A stretch of 64,000 bases of DNA from Eledone cirrhosa (Eukaryota), in NCBI GenBank assembly GCA_964016885.1, contig OZ024742.1, positions 269,328,001 through 269,392,000 on the forward strand, written 5' to 3'. The notes beneath the pieces are model-generated. The model ran no database searches. It was not told where the DNA came from and saw nothing but the letters and a program-made list of their open reading frames with translations. Made by a program: the position numbers and the translations under genes. Positions 33,265 to 49,400 of this stretch are shown piece after piece (position 1 is the first letter of the stretch; the number at the start of each line of letters is the position of its first letter).

Positions 33265-33299
<35 letters not shown>

Positions 33300-33912
33300 C
33301 CTTTGAGAAAAGGATTTTAAATTGATAAAGTATTAGATATTAGATGTATACTTTATGGAATGTTCTGTGGAATTTATGCAAGCAGAGAGAAAACAAGTCA
33401 GTGCGTCTATTTATTATAGAATCTAAATTAGATATTTCTTTTCAACGCACATATTATTAAACCATTCAATATACAAACCTTAACTTAACATTATTTTTCT
33501 CTTCGTTAATTTTCAAATTCTTTTAATTTATATCTTCCAACGGTTTTTCAACCTCTCTATGTAAAACAATACATTTTTCTCAGTTATAAAAGCTATCTCT
33601 CTCTCTCTATCACCCATCTCTCCTGCTATCTCATCCTTCCTCATTATACTCCTCCCCCTCCACTTTTTACTCTCATCTCCTCCTCTTTTTCACCCACCCC
33701 CCTCAAATTTGTTTTTCCCAATATCACACATCGATCTAAAACTACTTTTCATATGTTGATTTAAAACTGCACTACTCACAAGTGTTTTTTAACCTTCATA
33801 TCATGTCTTCCTATTTTATCTGATGAAAACACAAATGTTATTGCATGATGATATTTGTTTTTGAAATGCGCATAATAAAATACATGGAACTCTTTTAACC
33901 ATCTTTTGATCT

Positions 33913-33916
<4 letters not shown>
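32191..33916 (-). mobile_element. Truncated PLE with inverted arm (same family as 3962-6089)
   Basis: 32280-32760 is inverted at ~33440-33916. Endonuclease C-terminal remnant at 33340-33420(-). HHRs at 32317-32387(-) and 33812-33882(+). Internal 60-bp x3 tandem at 32739-32905. Confidence 0.85.
33812..33882 (+). ncRNA. Type I hammerhead ribozyme
   Basis: tattttat CTGATGA aaacacaaatgttat..atgatatttgttttt GAAA tgcgca TA ataaaata; palindromic stem III. Confidence 0.85.
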
Positions 33917-33955
<39 letters not shown>

Positions 33956-33974
33956 ATGAGAACAGATGAAAGTT

Positions 33975-34885
33975 TAAGCAAAGAATCGCTGCTTTCAACA
34001 TTAACGGGATCTTCTGAAACTAAAAAAATCAATCCGTGAACGCAGAAGTAAATATTTGAGACACGTTGCAACCGAAGGAGAACAGGAAGGCGATATTTTG
34101 GTTTGTGAAGACGTCCCTAGCAATGAACGGAAAAAAACGCGAGGATAATACGTCGTCATGTGGAACGAAAAAGAACCATTTCATGCAAAGACGAGTCCAA
34201 GTTTATGGTATAAATGGAGTCGTTAGACTAATATTCTATTTAAAATAACCAAATGATTTCCAGCCTCGGAGTTTAATGATGATGTAAATAAAATTGAAAA
34301 CGAAAATGACAGAGTTTATTAAAATAGTAAAGTAAATAGTGAAGATTTAGGCCAGTACATACGTATGCGCCGACGGACATACACATATATATACATACAC
34401 ACTCACAAATACATACACACACACACATACGCGTGCGCGCGCATGTGTTTGAGTAAACCTTATGCATTTCTACAGTATTTTCACAAGACTTAAAACATTG
34501 GTTACTTATGTATTCCGGGTGGTCATGGGCACTTTCATTTTTCCAGATATTGATTATAGGGCCTCCCGGCAGATAACCCCCTTTAACCGCTTTCTTGGAG
34601 TCGTCTGAAGCATTGCAGTGCAATGCAACAAAACGTCATAACTTCTGGAGTTCGCAACCGATTTTCACAAAACTTGACACATGGGCTACGTTTCTTCTAC
34701 AGATAAATGTGAACTCTCAGAATTAGCACATCTTTAGTAGGGGACCCCTCGAGGCAAGAACCCCCTTTTGGAAAAAGCCGATAATTTTGTAATAGTATAG
34801 TTTTCGAAGCAGCACTGAAGTATTGACATAAATAGTATACATAACTGCTATTTAATACCCGAGCAAAGCCGGGTACTTCTGCTAG
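33975..34885 (+). mobile_element. Helitron-related remnant ending in a Helitron 3' terminus
   Basis: Hairpin cccg-agcaaagc-cggg then CTAG|T at 34882-34886; 33975-34135 resembles 24723-24885. Confidence 0.6.
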
Positions 34886-34904
34886 TGTATATATATAATA
34901 TATT

Positions 34905-34990
<86 letters not shown>

Positions 34991-35036
34991 AATTATTCCG
35001 AGTTGAATCGGAGGTAACCACAGTAAGTAAGGTACT

Positions 35037-37701
35037 CAAGGAAACCATGTTAAATTATGGTATGCCTTCACCAGACAAAATACAATATATACCAGTTTTA
35101 TAAATAAACATTGACGAACCCTTTCAAAATGCGACCGTTACTTTTGGAAGACACCAGGATAGTGGTTTGTTTATTTTAGTAAGTCGTTATGTTAAGGTGA
35201 CGGAAAAAGACGGAGAGAGAGAGAAACCGAGATAGATAAAAGTGGAGAAAAGAAAGGGAGAGATAAATAAAGAAAAAAGAAGAAAGAAAAAAGAAAAAAA
35301 GAAAACAGAGAAAAACAACAGAGAGATATCCAACCACCAGACAGAGAGAAAAAAACAAGAGAGAGTAATATAAAGATAGAGAGAGGGGGAGAGAACGAAA
35401 ACCTTAAGTCATGTCATATTAAGTTGAGTTAACAATTGAGATGAAATGAATAAATAAAATTAGAAATATTTATATTCATGAATGGAATATACATATATAA
35501 TATGAGAAATTAATCATTGTTTAGTTATGATTAGATATTTAGTTTAAAAATTGAGATCAATATATTAAAAATTGGAATTTAAACATTACGAAATATATAT
35601 ATTGCTAGAGAAATTACCTATCATATAGCTCGTACATATACGCAAAAATACATAAATATATATATACACACACACTCAGAAAATTATTTTACAGATCCAA
35701 ACAAAAAATCTTCAACTTCGCTATCTAGCCTATTATGGGACCTAAAACGAGATAATGTTGAATATTCGCTGATTTGGAATATTATTTCAAAAGCTACTCC
35801 TTTTAATTCCTCTTCAGAAAATTGCGATCTTTGTATAGAGGAAATATTCTTTATATTAAAGACCAAAAATTCCCTTAATTTAAGGAATAATTTATTCAGT
35901 TGCTGCAGACATAGATTGAACTCAACGTTTAAATATAAATATAAATTTAAAATGCAGTATAATTAATTAAGTAATTTGGTTAATATATGAAACCTTTCGA
36001 TAAATCATTAGAATCCTTCACCTTTTTCATTTTCTTTGGTTAAGTACTCAAGTACAAATAAATTTTCTTCCTAAATATAAATATAAATATAATAAAATAT
36101 TCTAGAAAAATTTACCCTTTCAATATCTTGAGTAAAATATACGTAAGATAATTTCTATACTAAATATATTAAACATATTATTTTAACTTAAAATATTCTA
36201 TAATATTTTGATATTTGTAGAATTCTTTTGTTTTTTAAGTTATATTGATATAATATTTTATTCACTTTTTATTAGGTTTATTTTTATTCTGATAGCTTCT
36301 CATAATTTTCAAAAGTTTATCCTTTCAATATCTTGAATAAAATATACGTAAGATAAATTTCTATACTAAATCTATTAAACATATTATATTAGCTTAAAAT
36401 ATTCTATAATATTTTTAAATATTTTAATATTTTGATATATGTAGAATTCCTTTGTTTTTAGGTTATATTGATATAATTATATTTCCAATATACAATCCTT
36501 TTGTATTTTATATACTCAATTGTACTATGTAATATATTGATGTATACTTATCTCTATACGACTAAGTATGTATGTATGTGTATTAACATACATATGCATG
36601 TGGTGTATGCATTTTTATGAATATATGTCTGTCTGTATATATGCATGAGTGACCAATTGGGTGAAGATGCACACATATGTTTATATATGTATATGTAAGA
36701 ATTGTGTGTGTGCATGTACATGTGTACCCATGCAATTTGATTGCAGATATGCATAATTTAACAGCCATAATTTAACAGCCATAAATGCATGAAAGTTAAT
36801 CCTATATATTTATATATATATACTAAACATTTTTATTTAATAACACAAGGAATATATAGCAGTAATAAAAAAAATCATTTATGCTTTATATGTATATATT
36901 ATATGCGGAAGTAGATATAGTGTGTGTGTATATATATATATTTATGTATTTTTGCGTATATGTACGTGCTATATGATAGGTAATTTCTCTAGCAATATAT
37001 ATATTTCGTAATGTTTAAATTCCAATTTTTAATATATTGATCTCAATTTTTAAACTAAATATCTAATCATAACTAAACAATGATTAATTTCTCATATTAT
37101 ATATGTATATTCCATTCATGAATATTAATATTTCTAATTTTATTTATTCATTTCATCTCAATTGTTAACTCAACTTAATATGACATGATTTAAGGTTTTC
37201 GTTCTCTCCTCCTCTCTCTATCTCTATATTTCTCTCTCTTATTTTTCTCTCTGTCTCGTGGTTGAAGATTTCTCTGTTGTTTTTCCCAGTTTTCTTTTTC
37301 TTTTTTCTTTCTTCTTTTTCTTTATTTATCACTCCCTTTCTTTTCTCCACTTTTATCTCTCTCGGTTTCTCTCTCTCTCCGTCTTTTTCCGTCTCCTTAA
37401 CACACCGACTTACTAAAATAAACAAACCACTATCCTGATGTCTTCCAAAAGTAACGGTCGCATTTTGAAAGGGTTCGTCAAAGTTTATTCATAAAACTGA
37501 TATATATTGTATTTTGTCTGATGAAGGCATACCATAATTTAACATGGTATCCTTGAAATATGTATAATGAAATAAATATGGTTTTATAAATATAGTTTCC
37601 ATTTATTAATATCGTATATTTACTCCAAATACTTGTCGAGTGCTTTATATCAGTTATAAAAATATTTGCTTGTTGTAACCCAACAATTTAAATAGAACTT
37701 T

Positions 37702-37704
<3 letters not shown>
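35037..37704 (+). mobile_element. Truncated PLE with ~630-bp 5' inverted arm and GIY-YIG remnant
   Basis: 35037-35672 is inverted relative to 36919-37555. Plus strand ~35694-35940 reads DPNKKSSTSLSSLLWDLK...WNIISKA...CDLCIEE...SCCRHR. HHR at 37510-37574. Confidence 0.85.
37510..37574 (+). ncRNA. Type I hammerhead ribozyme
   Basis: tattttgt CTGATGA aggcataccataatttaacatggtatcctt GAAA tatgta TA atgaaata. Confidence 0.85.
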
Positions 37705-37783
<79 letters not shown>

Positions 37784-37890
37784 AATATCCACATATACAA
37801 ACATATACAAACACATCTACACATATACACATATATACACATATACGTAAATACACATACACAGATATATACATATACATATATATACAA

Positions 37891-37939
<49 letters not shown>

Positions 37940-37962
37940 TATAGAGATATATGTTATATATT

Positions 37963-37994
<32 letters not shown>

Positions 37995-38005
37995 ATAGAT
38001 ATCTG

Positions 38006-38106
<101 letters not shown>

Positions 38107-38271
38107 ATATTTATATTGTACATATATATGTCTATGCATGTATTTATTATATGTATGTCTGTGTGTATACGTGTATATATATATGTGCGTATGTGTGCAT
38201 ATGTGTGTGTACGTGTGTGTGTGTATATGTATGTGTATGTGTGTATGTATATATGTATGTGTGTATGTCTG

Positions 38272-38340
<69 letters not shown>

Positions 38341-38389
38341 ATATATATATACATATATATGTATACATGTACGTATGTATGTGTGTATA

Positions 38390-39002
38390 TGGTGGCTGCC
38401 AACTCGTTTTCGAGTACGGCCACTACTTTATATCCATGTAGGAGAACCCCTACCGAAGCGCTGAACGAGTGTGACTTTTTAGTCCAGCCAGCGACTTGAA
38501 AACTCTGGTACAAACACTACACTTGTGACGATTATTGACACATAGTGCTGGGCCCATGGTACCATGTGAGGACAAGTGCAGAGAGATCTCCAGATATAAA
38601 GCAATGCCTGTGCCGTGAAGCTTTTTATAGTGAGGAAAAGCACTTCACAAAGCCAGTCCCACTCTCTTAACCAAGATGATATTTACCAAAAAGAAGAACA
38701 AGTCCACATCATTGGATACTATCAGGGTTGCAGGTGTTATATCAGAGTTTTCCTTCTCCTAGAATTCTGCCTTGACAAAGGCTAAGGGGTCATCTCTCCC
38801 GGTGATTTTGGATGGCCATTGACTCTTAAGAGCTCCTTTGCCCTTTGACAGGTTTTGTTTTTAGTCCTGCAGGATGTCCAAAGTCACCCTCCTCACCAAG
38901 AAACCTTGGTGGGGTTGCCAGTTTAGCCGACAACGACCCGACCATGAGACAGGTTGTACAGGGATACATGTTACCAGTAGCACCAACTGGTGACCTGACA
39001 TA
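38390..39002 (-). mobile_element. 5' region of an RTE-like LINE (UTR and zinc finger)
   Basis: Minus strand has ggagaaggaaaactctga (motif I associate with RTE 5' UTRs) and [19 protein letters not shown]. Confidence 0.55.
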
Positions 39003-39253
39003 AATGTGTGTATATATATATATATATACATACATACATGTATGTATGTGTGTGTATATATATGTATATAATATAATATGTGTATATATATGTTATATAT
39101 ATATATATATGTTATATATATATATATATAATATATATATATATATGTAATATATATATATATATATATGTAATATTTATATATATATATATATATATAT
39201 AACATATATATATGTAATATATATATATATATATGTAATATTTATATATGTAA

Positions 39254-39717
<464 letters not shown>

Positions 39718-39880
39718 CATATATATATATAACATATATATACACATATTATATTATATATATATATATAATATATATATATATAACATATATATACAAC
39801 ATATATATAACTAATATATATATATATTATATGTTATATATATATATATTTTATATATATATATATATATAACATATATA

Positions 39881-39939
<59 letters not shown>

Positions 39940-39991
39940 ATATTATTTATATATATATATATATTATAGGTATATATATATATATATATAT

Positions 39992-40038
<47 letters not shown>

Positions 40039-40039
40039 T

Positions 40040-40200
40040 ACAATATTAAATAAATGGAAAACTATATTTATAAAACCATATTTATTTCATTATATATATT
40101 TCGGGGATATCATATTAACAATATGCTATGCCTTCATCAGACAAAATACAATATAAACAGTTTTATAGATAAATATATTCGACATACCGTAATAAACATC
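40040..40200 (-). mobile_element. pLTR fragment with HHR (40083-40148)
   Basis: Minus strand: tattttgt CTGATGA aggcatagcatattg..atatgatatcccc GAAA tatata TA atgaaata. Confidence 0.75.
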
Positions 40201-40215
40201 AACTTCATTTGAAGA

Positions 40216-40317
<102 letters not shown>

Positions 40318-40325
40318 TATATATA

Positions 40326-40383
<58 letters not shown>

Positions 40384-40493
40384 CATATATATATATATAT
40401 ATTATATATATATATATATATATAAATATTATTTATATATATATATATTATAGATATATATATATATTACATATATATTTATATATATATATA

Positions 40494-40547
<54 letters not shown>

Positions 40548-40558
40548 TATATATATAT

Positions 40559-40591
<33 letters not shown>

Positions 40592-40657
40592 TATTTATAT
40601 ATATATATATATTATAGATATATATATAAATTACATATATATTTATATATATATATG

Positions 40658-40694
<37 letters not shown>

Positions 40695-40704
40695 ATATAT
40701 ATAT

Positions 40705-40819
<115 letters not shown>

Positions 40820-40820
40820 A

Positions 40821-40871
<51 letters not shown>

Positions 40872-40873
40872 AT

Positions 40874-40931
<58 letters not shown>

Positions 40932-42566
40932 AGTCACAGAATGTGTGACGAAAGAACTTTGACAATATATAAACCATCTGGTTGTGGAAGCAACTAACCA
41001 ACCGGAAATTTATAAATTTATTAGAATAAATTGAAGTGAAAATAACTGATGCGTGTGTTTCTTATTGGCAACATGACCCTCCCAAAGTATAACAATATCG
41101 GTTTCAAAACACGTTTTCAGATAAAGAATCTTGCTAAACAAATTCAGAAACGAAATATCGTAAGCCTTAGCCAGGTTAACAAGATACTGAAAACCACCAT
41201 GTTCTGTTGTCTACGAAAAACAATAACATCTCGACAACTACACTTCATAAAATAATGTGCCTCGTCCCGAGTTTACACCAACACCATCAACACCGATGTA
41301 AGAAGATTACAACTCACCAAAAAGCAAGCAGATAGGCTAAAACGAACACTAATCCTAAACATAAAAACGAAGATCTATAGAGAATTAAGTCATCAAGAAA
41401 AACATAAGCGTAGCCTAATACGAGAAATAACTTAGATCACCACATCAAGAGAAAAACTAATATTTATAAGCCTTATACATCCTGAAGAACAGTACATTGC
41501 TCAAGAATATGATAAGCATTTTAACAAGAAACTAAAATGGCTTAAGCAGATAAAACTAAATCAGGATACTGTAGAGAATACCAATAGATATCCCGACAAA
41601 ATTGACGGCATAAATATGGCCGACATCTCATTAACAGATGAGTTCAACAACAACAACACAAATATATGCGGCAACACTGCAGTAGACCCTGATGAATTAT
41701 CTGTAGTACAACTTCCACCTAAATATGCGACATTCAAGAAGGTACATATAATTAGTTGCTAGTCAGAAATATAAAAATCATTTACAAAATTACGTTGGAG
41801 CCTCAAAAACAGAAACAAAAACAAAAGTAACAACATACGCACACACATATACAACACACATCCCAACAACAACAGACACACAGACACAAACAACAATAAC
41901 AACAACACACACATCAACAATAATAACATACTCAGAAACAACAACAACAGACGCGCATACACAAACAACAATAACAACACACACAACAATAATAAAACAC
42001 ACGGAGACAACAACAACACCATACATCAACAACAACACACATCAACAACAACAACAACAATATACGCACATTCAATGCCCCTCACCACCACCACAATCTT
42101 AACAAACACACAGACACAGAAAACAGGTAATGACAGTAGCACAGAAATAAGGGAAGGTAATAGGATTAAAAGGAGAAGGGAGACTATGGACAAAGAAAAT
42201 AACCAAGACGAACAGACAGACACACAAAATAGAGTAGATAATAACAATGAGCCAGTGGAAAGAGACAGGAGTAATAATGAGAGACATAGAAACAACCATG
42301 AGGCTGTTGGTGGAAATAGAAATAGAAACAACACAACTAACAATAACGATAGCACTAGTACACATAAAGCAGCAGCCTGGAACTCTACTTTTTATAATCC
42401 CTCCGATAGGTCATTCGACCTGCGACGAGTCCACGGCACGACTTTACCATTTAACAAACGGACGCAATTGCCGTCGCTGGTCGATGAACAAACAGAAGCA
42501 CAAGTTAGTATAGCTAGATCCGAACTTAGAAATATTATAGAATAGTATAGCAAGAAGCATAATAGA

Positions 42567-44745
42567 ATGGAGACCCAGCAACTGGGGAAAAAATCTGCAA
42601 ATGACTTGCGTAAGCTCATGCAGCGCTCGCGTAATGGAGAGATAGCATGCTTTCCAACAGACAAGTCTGGCAGAACGTCGGTTGACAGCCTGCCAAACTA
42701 CATCCAGCCAATGCAACCCCACATCACTAACACAAGAGATGTAAACACCACAGGAGCATGAGGATAGAGAAAAAGCCCTCAAAGCCCATATGGTGATGTG
42801 GTGGAACATAATGCAGCCCACCAAAAGGACTGCCAATAACTTCCAGGCCTGGAACAATGTCGTGCCGGCGTTGTCTGGGCTTCGAAAAGACCATAAAACG
42901 GGCAGTGACCCTGTCACGGGACCCCCAACAAGGCCAGTCTGTGGAGCTAACATTGCTAGTAACTACAGACTGTCCTACTTCCTCTCCCTGATCATACGCC
43001 CCATCATTGAAATGTCTCCAGATGTATGTGACAGCACGAAGGACCTCCTCAGCAGAATCGGCGCGGGTAACCGATCTAGGGACCTAACGAACTGCATAAT
43101 AGGTAGTATGGATGTTGTGTCCCTGTATCCATCTATTGACGTGGATTTTGCTGTGGAGAAATGCGTAGAAATGATCAGTGAGAGCAATGTTGAGTTCCGT
43201 GGGATTGATACCAGTGAGCTGGAACTCCTACTTAAACTTACCTATATTAATATCTACCTAGACACATATGACCTTAGCAACCTGTGCCCTACAAGACCAG
43301 CAAGAGGCAGACCACCTACCATTACCTCAATGGCCAAGAAAACCCACACAGATAGATGGAACGGGTGGACCAGAGCCATACGGACACCCGAAAACCAGGA
43401 TGAACTAAAGAAAATGATTGCACATGCGGTGGGGGCCAGCATAAAATTAACCCTTAAGGAACATATGTTCAAATTTAATGGAAAAACCTATGCCCAAGAG
43501 GAAGGAGTAGCCATTGGTGTTAGCATTGCAGGCGACATAGGTAACTTATTCATGGTATGGTGGGACAATAGACTTAAACTTAAACTTAAAGAACAATTAG
43601 AAGACCCCTTAACCCTGATAATGTACTCCCGCTACGTTGATGATATAAACATCGTAGTTAAAACACCCCACTAGAGAACAGTCAGGAGAGTAGAGAAAAA
43701 CACAATGGAAAGCATCCAGCAAATAGTTAACTCCATCCACCAGAGTATTAGAGTTACTATAGACTACTCAAGTAAATACCCCAACCATCGATTACCTGTA
43801 CTAGACACAGAGCTCTGGTTAGATACCATTAATAACAAAAAACAAATCCCCCATTCCCATTATGCCAAACCCATGACTTCCAAATATCTGATCCACCGAA
43901 ACTCAGCTGTTTCGGACCATACCAAAATCAACATACTGATTGCGGATTTGGTACGGGTGATGAGAAACGTTTCCCGCAGAACTAGAAAGACACATACAAC
44001 ACTTCATCCACCGTATGCAGTTCTCTGGTTACAATCAGAGAGATAAAATCAGAGTGTATAGAGGAGCCAGAACCAAATAGGAAAAAATGGTAAATAATGA
44101 CACAAATGGGACCTGCCGCTTGTATAGCAGCAAATTTTGGAATAGAATAGAAAGAACTAGGAATAAGGGTAATAGAATAAACTCATGGTATGATAGCAAT
44201 AAATACCAGAGTGTAATGTTCATCAATACAACCCCTAGAGGTGAATTAGCTTACACATTTAGAAGGCCCTAGATAAACATAAACTCAATATTAAGATAGT
44301 AGAAAGAACAGGTACCTCCGTAAAAACACTTATTACAAGAGATACCTTTTCAAAGCCCCCCTGTATAGATGAGAAATGTATAACCAGTAAATTAAGCCCC
44401 CATATTAACTATAAAACTAGAAATGTAGTATATAGCATAAGATGTACGGAAGTCAATGTAGAGACCAAAATATAGTGTACATAGGTGAGACAGCTCGTAG
44501 TGTAGGGGAACAGATAAATGAACACTGGCGAGACCTTCAAGATAGTAAATAATCATCTGTACTCTAACAACATGCTAAAATAGAACATAAGGGTAAATTA
44601 GAGAACATAGAAATAAAAATAGAATCTACACACAGAAAAGACGCAATGTTTAGACAAATTACAGAGGCAATAAACATAAAATAATTACAACCAAAATTTA
44701 ATAGAAAACATGAGTGGAACAGCAACATCACAACTTACAATAAAG
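42567..44745 (+). pseudogene. PLE RT + GIY-YIG endonuclease, disrupted
   Basis: ORFs 42567-42761, 42790-43674, 43705-44046 and 44087-44272, plus a stop-containing endonuclease region. Confidence 0.88.
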
Positions 44746-44954
44746 GACAAAATGAAAACACACACGCACATAGAACACACAACCAACCTGTAACATTTAA
44801 ATAAACATGTAAATAAACAAATAAATAAACGAATATAAACACACACAGACACCCGGATGTGGCGCATGCGCAGACTGACACAACACACACACAGAAACAA
44901 AATGGCGTTGTATAGAACAAAGGAGAGGCACAAAAACAAAGAAAAGAATCCCCA

Positions 44955-44997
44955 GTCACTGAAGAGGTCACAGAATGTGTGACGAAAGAACTTTGAC
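44955..44997 (+). ncRNA. Minimal hammerhead ribozyme in pLTR
   Basis: gtca CTGAAGA ggtcacagaatgtgtgac GAAA gaac TT tgac. Confidence 0.7.
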
Positions 44998-45148
44998 AAT
45001 ATATAAACAACCATCAGGTTGTCGAACCAACCAACCAACCGAAAATTTATAAATTCCTAAATTTATAAATTTATTATAATAAATTGAAGTGAAAGTAACT
45101 GGTGCGTGTGTTTCTAATTGGCAACATGACCCTCCCAAAGTGTAACAA

Positions 45149-45214
<66 letters not shown>

Positions 45215-45258
45215 TATATATCTATATATATATATATCATATATATATATATATATAT

Positions 45259-45333
<75 letters not shown>

Positions 45334-45424
45334 TATATTATATATATATATAATATATATATATAATATATATATATATATATTATATATATATATATAT
45401 TATATACATATATATATATATATT

Positions 45425-45696
<272 letters not shown>

Positions 45697-46100
45697 TTTA
45701 AAAATATATATATATATACATATACAGAAAGGTCCCTGACCTCAACTAAAGAGTATTACTTTTGATCTTGACACCATATGAAAAAAAACAATTTGATTCG
45801 TTATTTCTTTATCCACCTCCAAATAAGAACATGACACTAACATACTACTAATTCTGAATGAAATTATTATTGAATAAAATTATTATTGGCTTTCAAAATA
45901 GCTGGTGATATGCATGTAAGTAATAATTTCATTATCTTATATTTTGTAACTAACCTTACATAGATCATTAACGGAGTATAGCTTCAATGTAGTATCATCA
46001 TCTAGAAACGATCGTAAAGCAGTGAAGTATATCTCCAATGACTTGATTTTTTATTTTATTGTTTTAACTTACACAGGCACACACACACACACACACACAT

Positions 46101-46168
<68 letters not shown>

Positions 46169-46229
46169 TATATATATAATATATATATATATATCAAATA
46201 TATATATATATATAAAATATATATATAAA

Positions 46230-46261
<32 letters not shown>

Positions 46262-46273
46262 TATATAATATAT

Positions 46274-46367
<94 letters not shown>

Positions 46368-46429
46368 CGGACAAATGAAAATAAAAATAAAAATAAAAAT
46401 AAAAGCAAAAACAAAAACCATAACCTACA

Positions 46430-49400
46430 TAAAAATAACCACTACTACAGTCACCAACAGTCTCCTAAACAGGAAACTTCTTCCTCTTGTTTACCCATAA
46501 TGAATCTGGCAAAAGAACTGGAAAAAAACATTCGAGCTATCACCCAGCACCACCCTCCACTATCACCCCACTGCACAAACTCCCATTGCTGCCATTAACA
46601 AACAAACAAACTTAACAACACACCAAAACAATTAAAACCATCTACTCTCGCCTCAACATTTTTGCTTAACGCCCAAGGCATCAGCCCTTCCACCAATACT
46701 CAAAAATGGAAGATCAAATTCCTGGAGGACTGGGTTGATGTCCATCCAAACCACATCCCTTTCTTCGTCCTCACTGAAACCCATCTCAGTAACCTCCACT
46801 TGGAAGCCGAGGTGAAAGTGAAAAATTTCAAAGCCATCCGTGCTGATCGCGCTGGCAGAAGAAAGGGTGGGACTGCCATTTATGTCCATAATTCTTTCTC
46901 AACAGAGGCTAATGGATACTGCGAAGTAGTCACTGTATTCAGTCAAACCAACAACCTAATAGTAGTCGGGCTCTATAGGCCACCCAAAACGCCTGTACTA
47001 TGCTTCAAGGATTGCCTCAATAGCATAAAGTGTTTCATCCAAGAATGTCACCCTGACAACATCTTAATGATGGGGGACTTCAACCTCCCCGGAGTTGACT
47101 GGTCCACAAACAGCCTGCCACCAGGTTCTTCTGCCTCAACCTCTGACAGGGAAGCAGTGGAATCGCTTCTTGACTTCATGTATGATTTCTTCCTGTCTCA
47201 ACTGGTGCTCGAACCAACGAGGTGCCACAAACACGTCCTAGACTTAATTTTCAGCAATCACACTGACAATATCCACAATATTGCAGTGGAGAAAACTCTA
47301 CTCTCTGATCATGACATGGTTCTCTGTGATCTGAGATTCCACCGTCCAATATACAAACCCAATGTCATCTCTCCTGTCCATCCGTTTGACGATATGGATT
47401 TCCACAATGCAAACTGGGAAGCGATCAGTCATGATCTTGCACATGTCGACTGGTCCTTCACGCACACTCATACACCCACTAACATCAAAAAGTCCTGGCA
47501 GATATTTGTGGACACTGTTACAAACATATGTGCAAAACACACCCCATTAAGAACTATAAACAAATTTAAGAGCAGAATCCCTAGAAATAGAAAAACGCTC
47601 ATCAGGAAAATTAAGAGAACGAACAAAAATATCAACAAGCTGAAATACTGTCAGCAGCAACACATCAACTTGACTGCCATTTCATCACTAGAGATTAAAA
47701 AACATAACCTCCAAAACAATATGATGTATATCATCAACAATCAGAGGAGAGCTGAAGAGACCTGGGCCATTGAGAAGATCAAACTCAATCCCAAAGTGTT
47801 CTTTTCATTTGTAAAAAAACACAAAATCACTGGCTCTACTGTTGGCCCTCTAATTGATGAAAATGGCACTCTTCAAGACAATGCTAAAACCATGGGTGAG
47901 ATACTGCAGAAACAATACTGCTCTGTTTTCAGCAATCCTGATATGGCCGATCTGGGCTGTATCGGCGATGTTACTCCCCATTACACCTTATCGGACATAA
48001 CGTTTGGCGCCCCTGATGTCTTAGCGGCAATAAAGGAAATCAAGCATAATTCAGCAGTAGGTCCCGATAGGTTCCCTGCTTGTGTCTTGAAGGCATGTCA
48101 ACACCAACTTGCATACCCTCTTGCCAATCTGTGGCGGAACTCACTGGATGCTGGATATGTGCCGGAAAACCTTCTATCCCAGTCTGTTGTCCCAGTTTTC
48201 AAAAAAGGAAACAAATCCCTTGCCGTGAATTACCGTCCAATCTCACTCACCTCTCATATCATTAAGGTATTTGAGAGAGTGGTGAGATCGCGAATGACCC
48301 ACTTCCTTGAGAGTAATAATATGCTGAACTCCAACCAGCATGGATTCCGTAATGGAAAGGATTGCCTGACGCAGCTACTGCATCACTTTGATGACATTTT
48401 GAGAGCCTTGGGAGAGGGTTCCAACACTGATGTTATCTACCTTGATTTCAGCAAGGCCTTTGACAGGGTTGATCACAACATTCTACTGAGAAAGCTGTCC
48501 AATATTGGTGTCACTGGAAAGCTGCTGCAGTGGATCTAGAGCTTCCTGTCAAACAGAACCCAACATGTAGTCGAAGGAGTCAAATCCAGCCCAGCCAAAG
48601 TCAGTAGTGGGGTCCCACAAGGCACTGTGTTGGGCCCACATCTCTTCATCATCTATATTAATGACATCACTGACATCATCAAACACAGCAACATTAGAAT
48701 TTTCGCTGATGATTCCAAGCTCCAAAAGGTCATCAATGGCGTGTATGACCGGATAAGCCTTCAGTCAGACCTACTGGCTGTTACCCAATGGGCGGAAAAG
48801 AACAAGATGTTACTGAACGAAGACAAATTCGAACTGATCCACTTTGGAAAAGAGGATGCTCTCGTGGCATCTAACAACATCAGAGACTTGGGAGTAACCG
48901 TGGACAGCAACATAAGCTGGGCCACGCATATTATCAGCAAAGTTGACATGGCCCGCAGAATGTGTTCCAGGATCCTCAGAACGTTCCAGTCGAGAGATTC
49001 CCACACCATTATCCTTCTCTTCTCTACTTTTGCCCGACCACACCTTGAATACTGTTGTCCACTGTGGTCTCCCCACACGAAACAAAGTATCATGAAACTT
49101 GAAGCTCCCCAAAAGGCAATCACGAAAAAGATAGATGGCATGTCAGACCTTGACTACTGGGGTCGACTAGAAAAGTAGAAACTTTACTCACTCCAACGTC
49201 GCCGTGAGCGTTATATTAACTGCATGATGTGGAAAATGTCTCATCAGCACTGCCCAAATGATGCTGACATCACCTTCAAAATACACCCAAGGCTTGGGCC
49301 CCGTGCTATCCGTCCCAAACAAAAATCTAAATCGCAACTCATAACAACAATACGACACAATTATTTTACCTCAATTGGCCCTGCTCTCTTCAACATCACA

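Larger units (their letters stand above)
40932..45150 (+). mobile_element. Near full-length degenerate Penelope-like retroelement with direct pLTRs
   Basis: RT motifs GSMDVVSLYPSID, QEEGVAIG and YSRYVDDI; thumb LPVLD..HYAKP; GIY-YIG YIGETARS. 40932-41097 is repeated at 44967-45150. (TA)n on both sides. Confidence 0.92.

Noticed and set aside
41759-42365. Hydrophobic ORFs on the minus strand (also 10144-10526)
   Set aside because: Antisense translations of (CAA)-rich low-complexity retroelement regions.
42755-42765. In-frame TGA as possible selenocysteine codon (as in some Naiad PLEs)
   Set aside because: Better explained by a frameshift; the element has many other stops and a C-terminal endonuclease.
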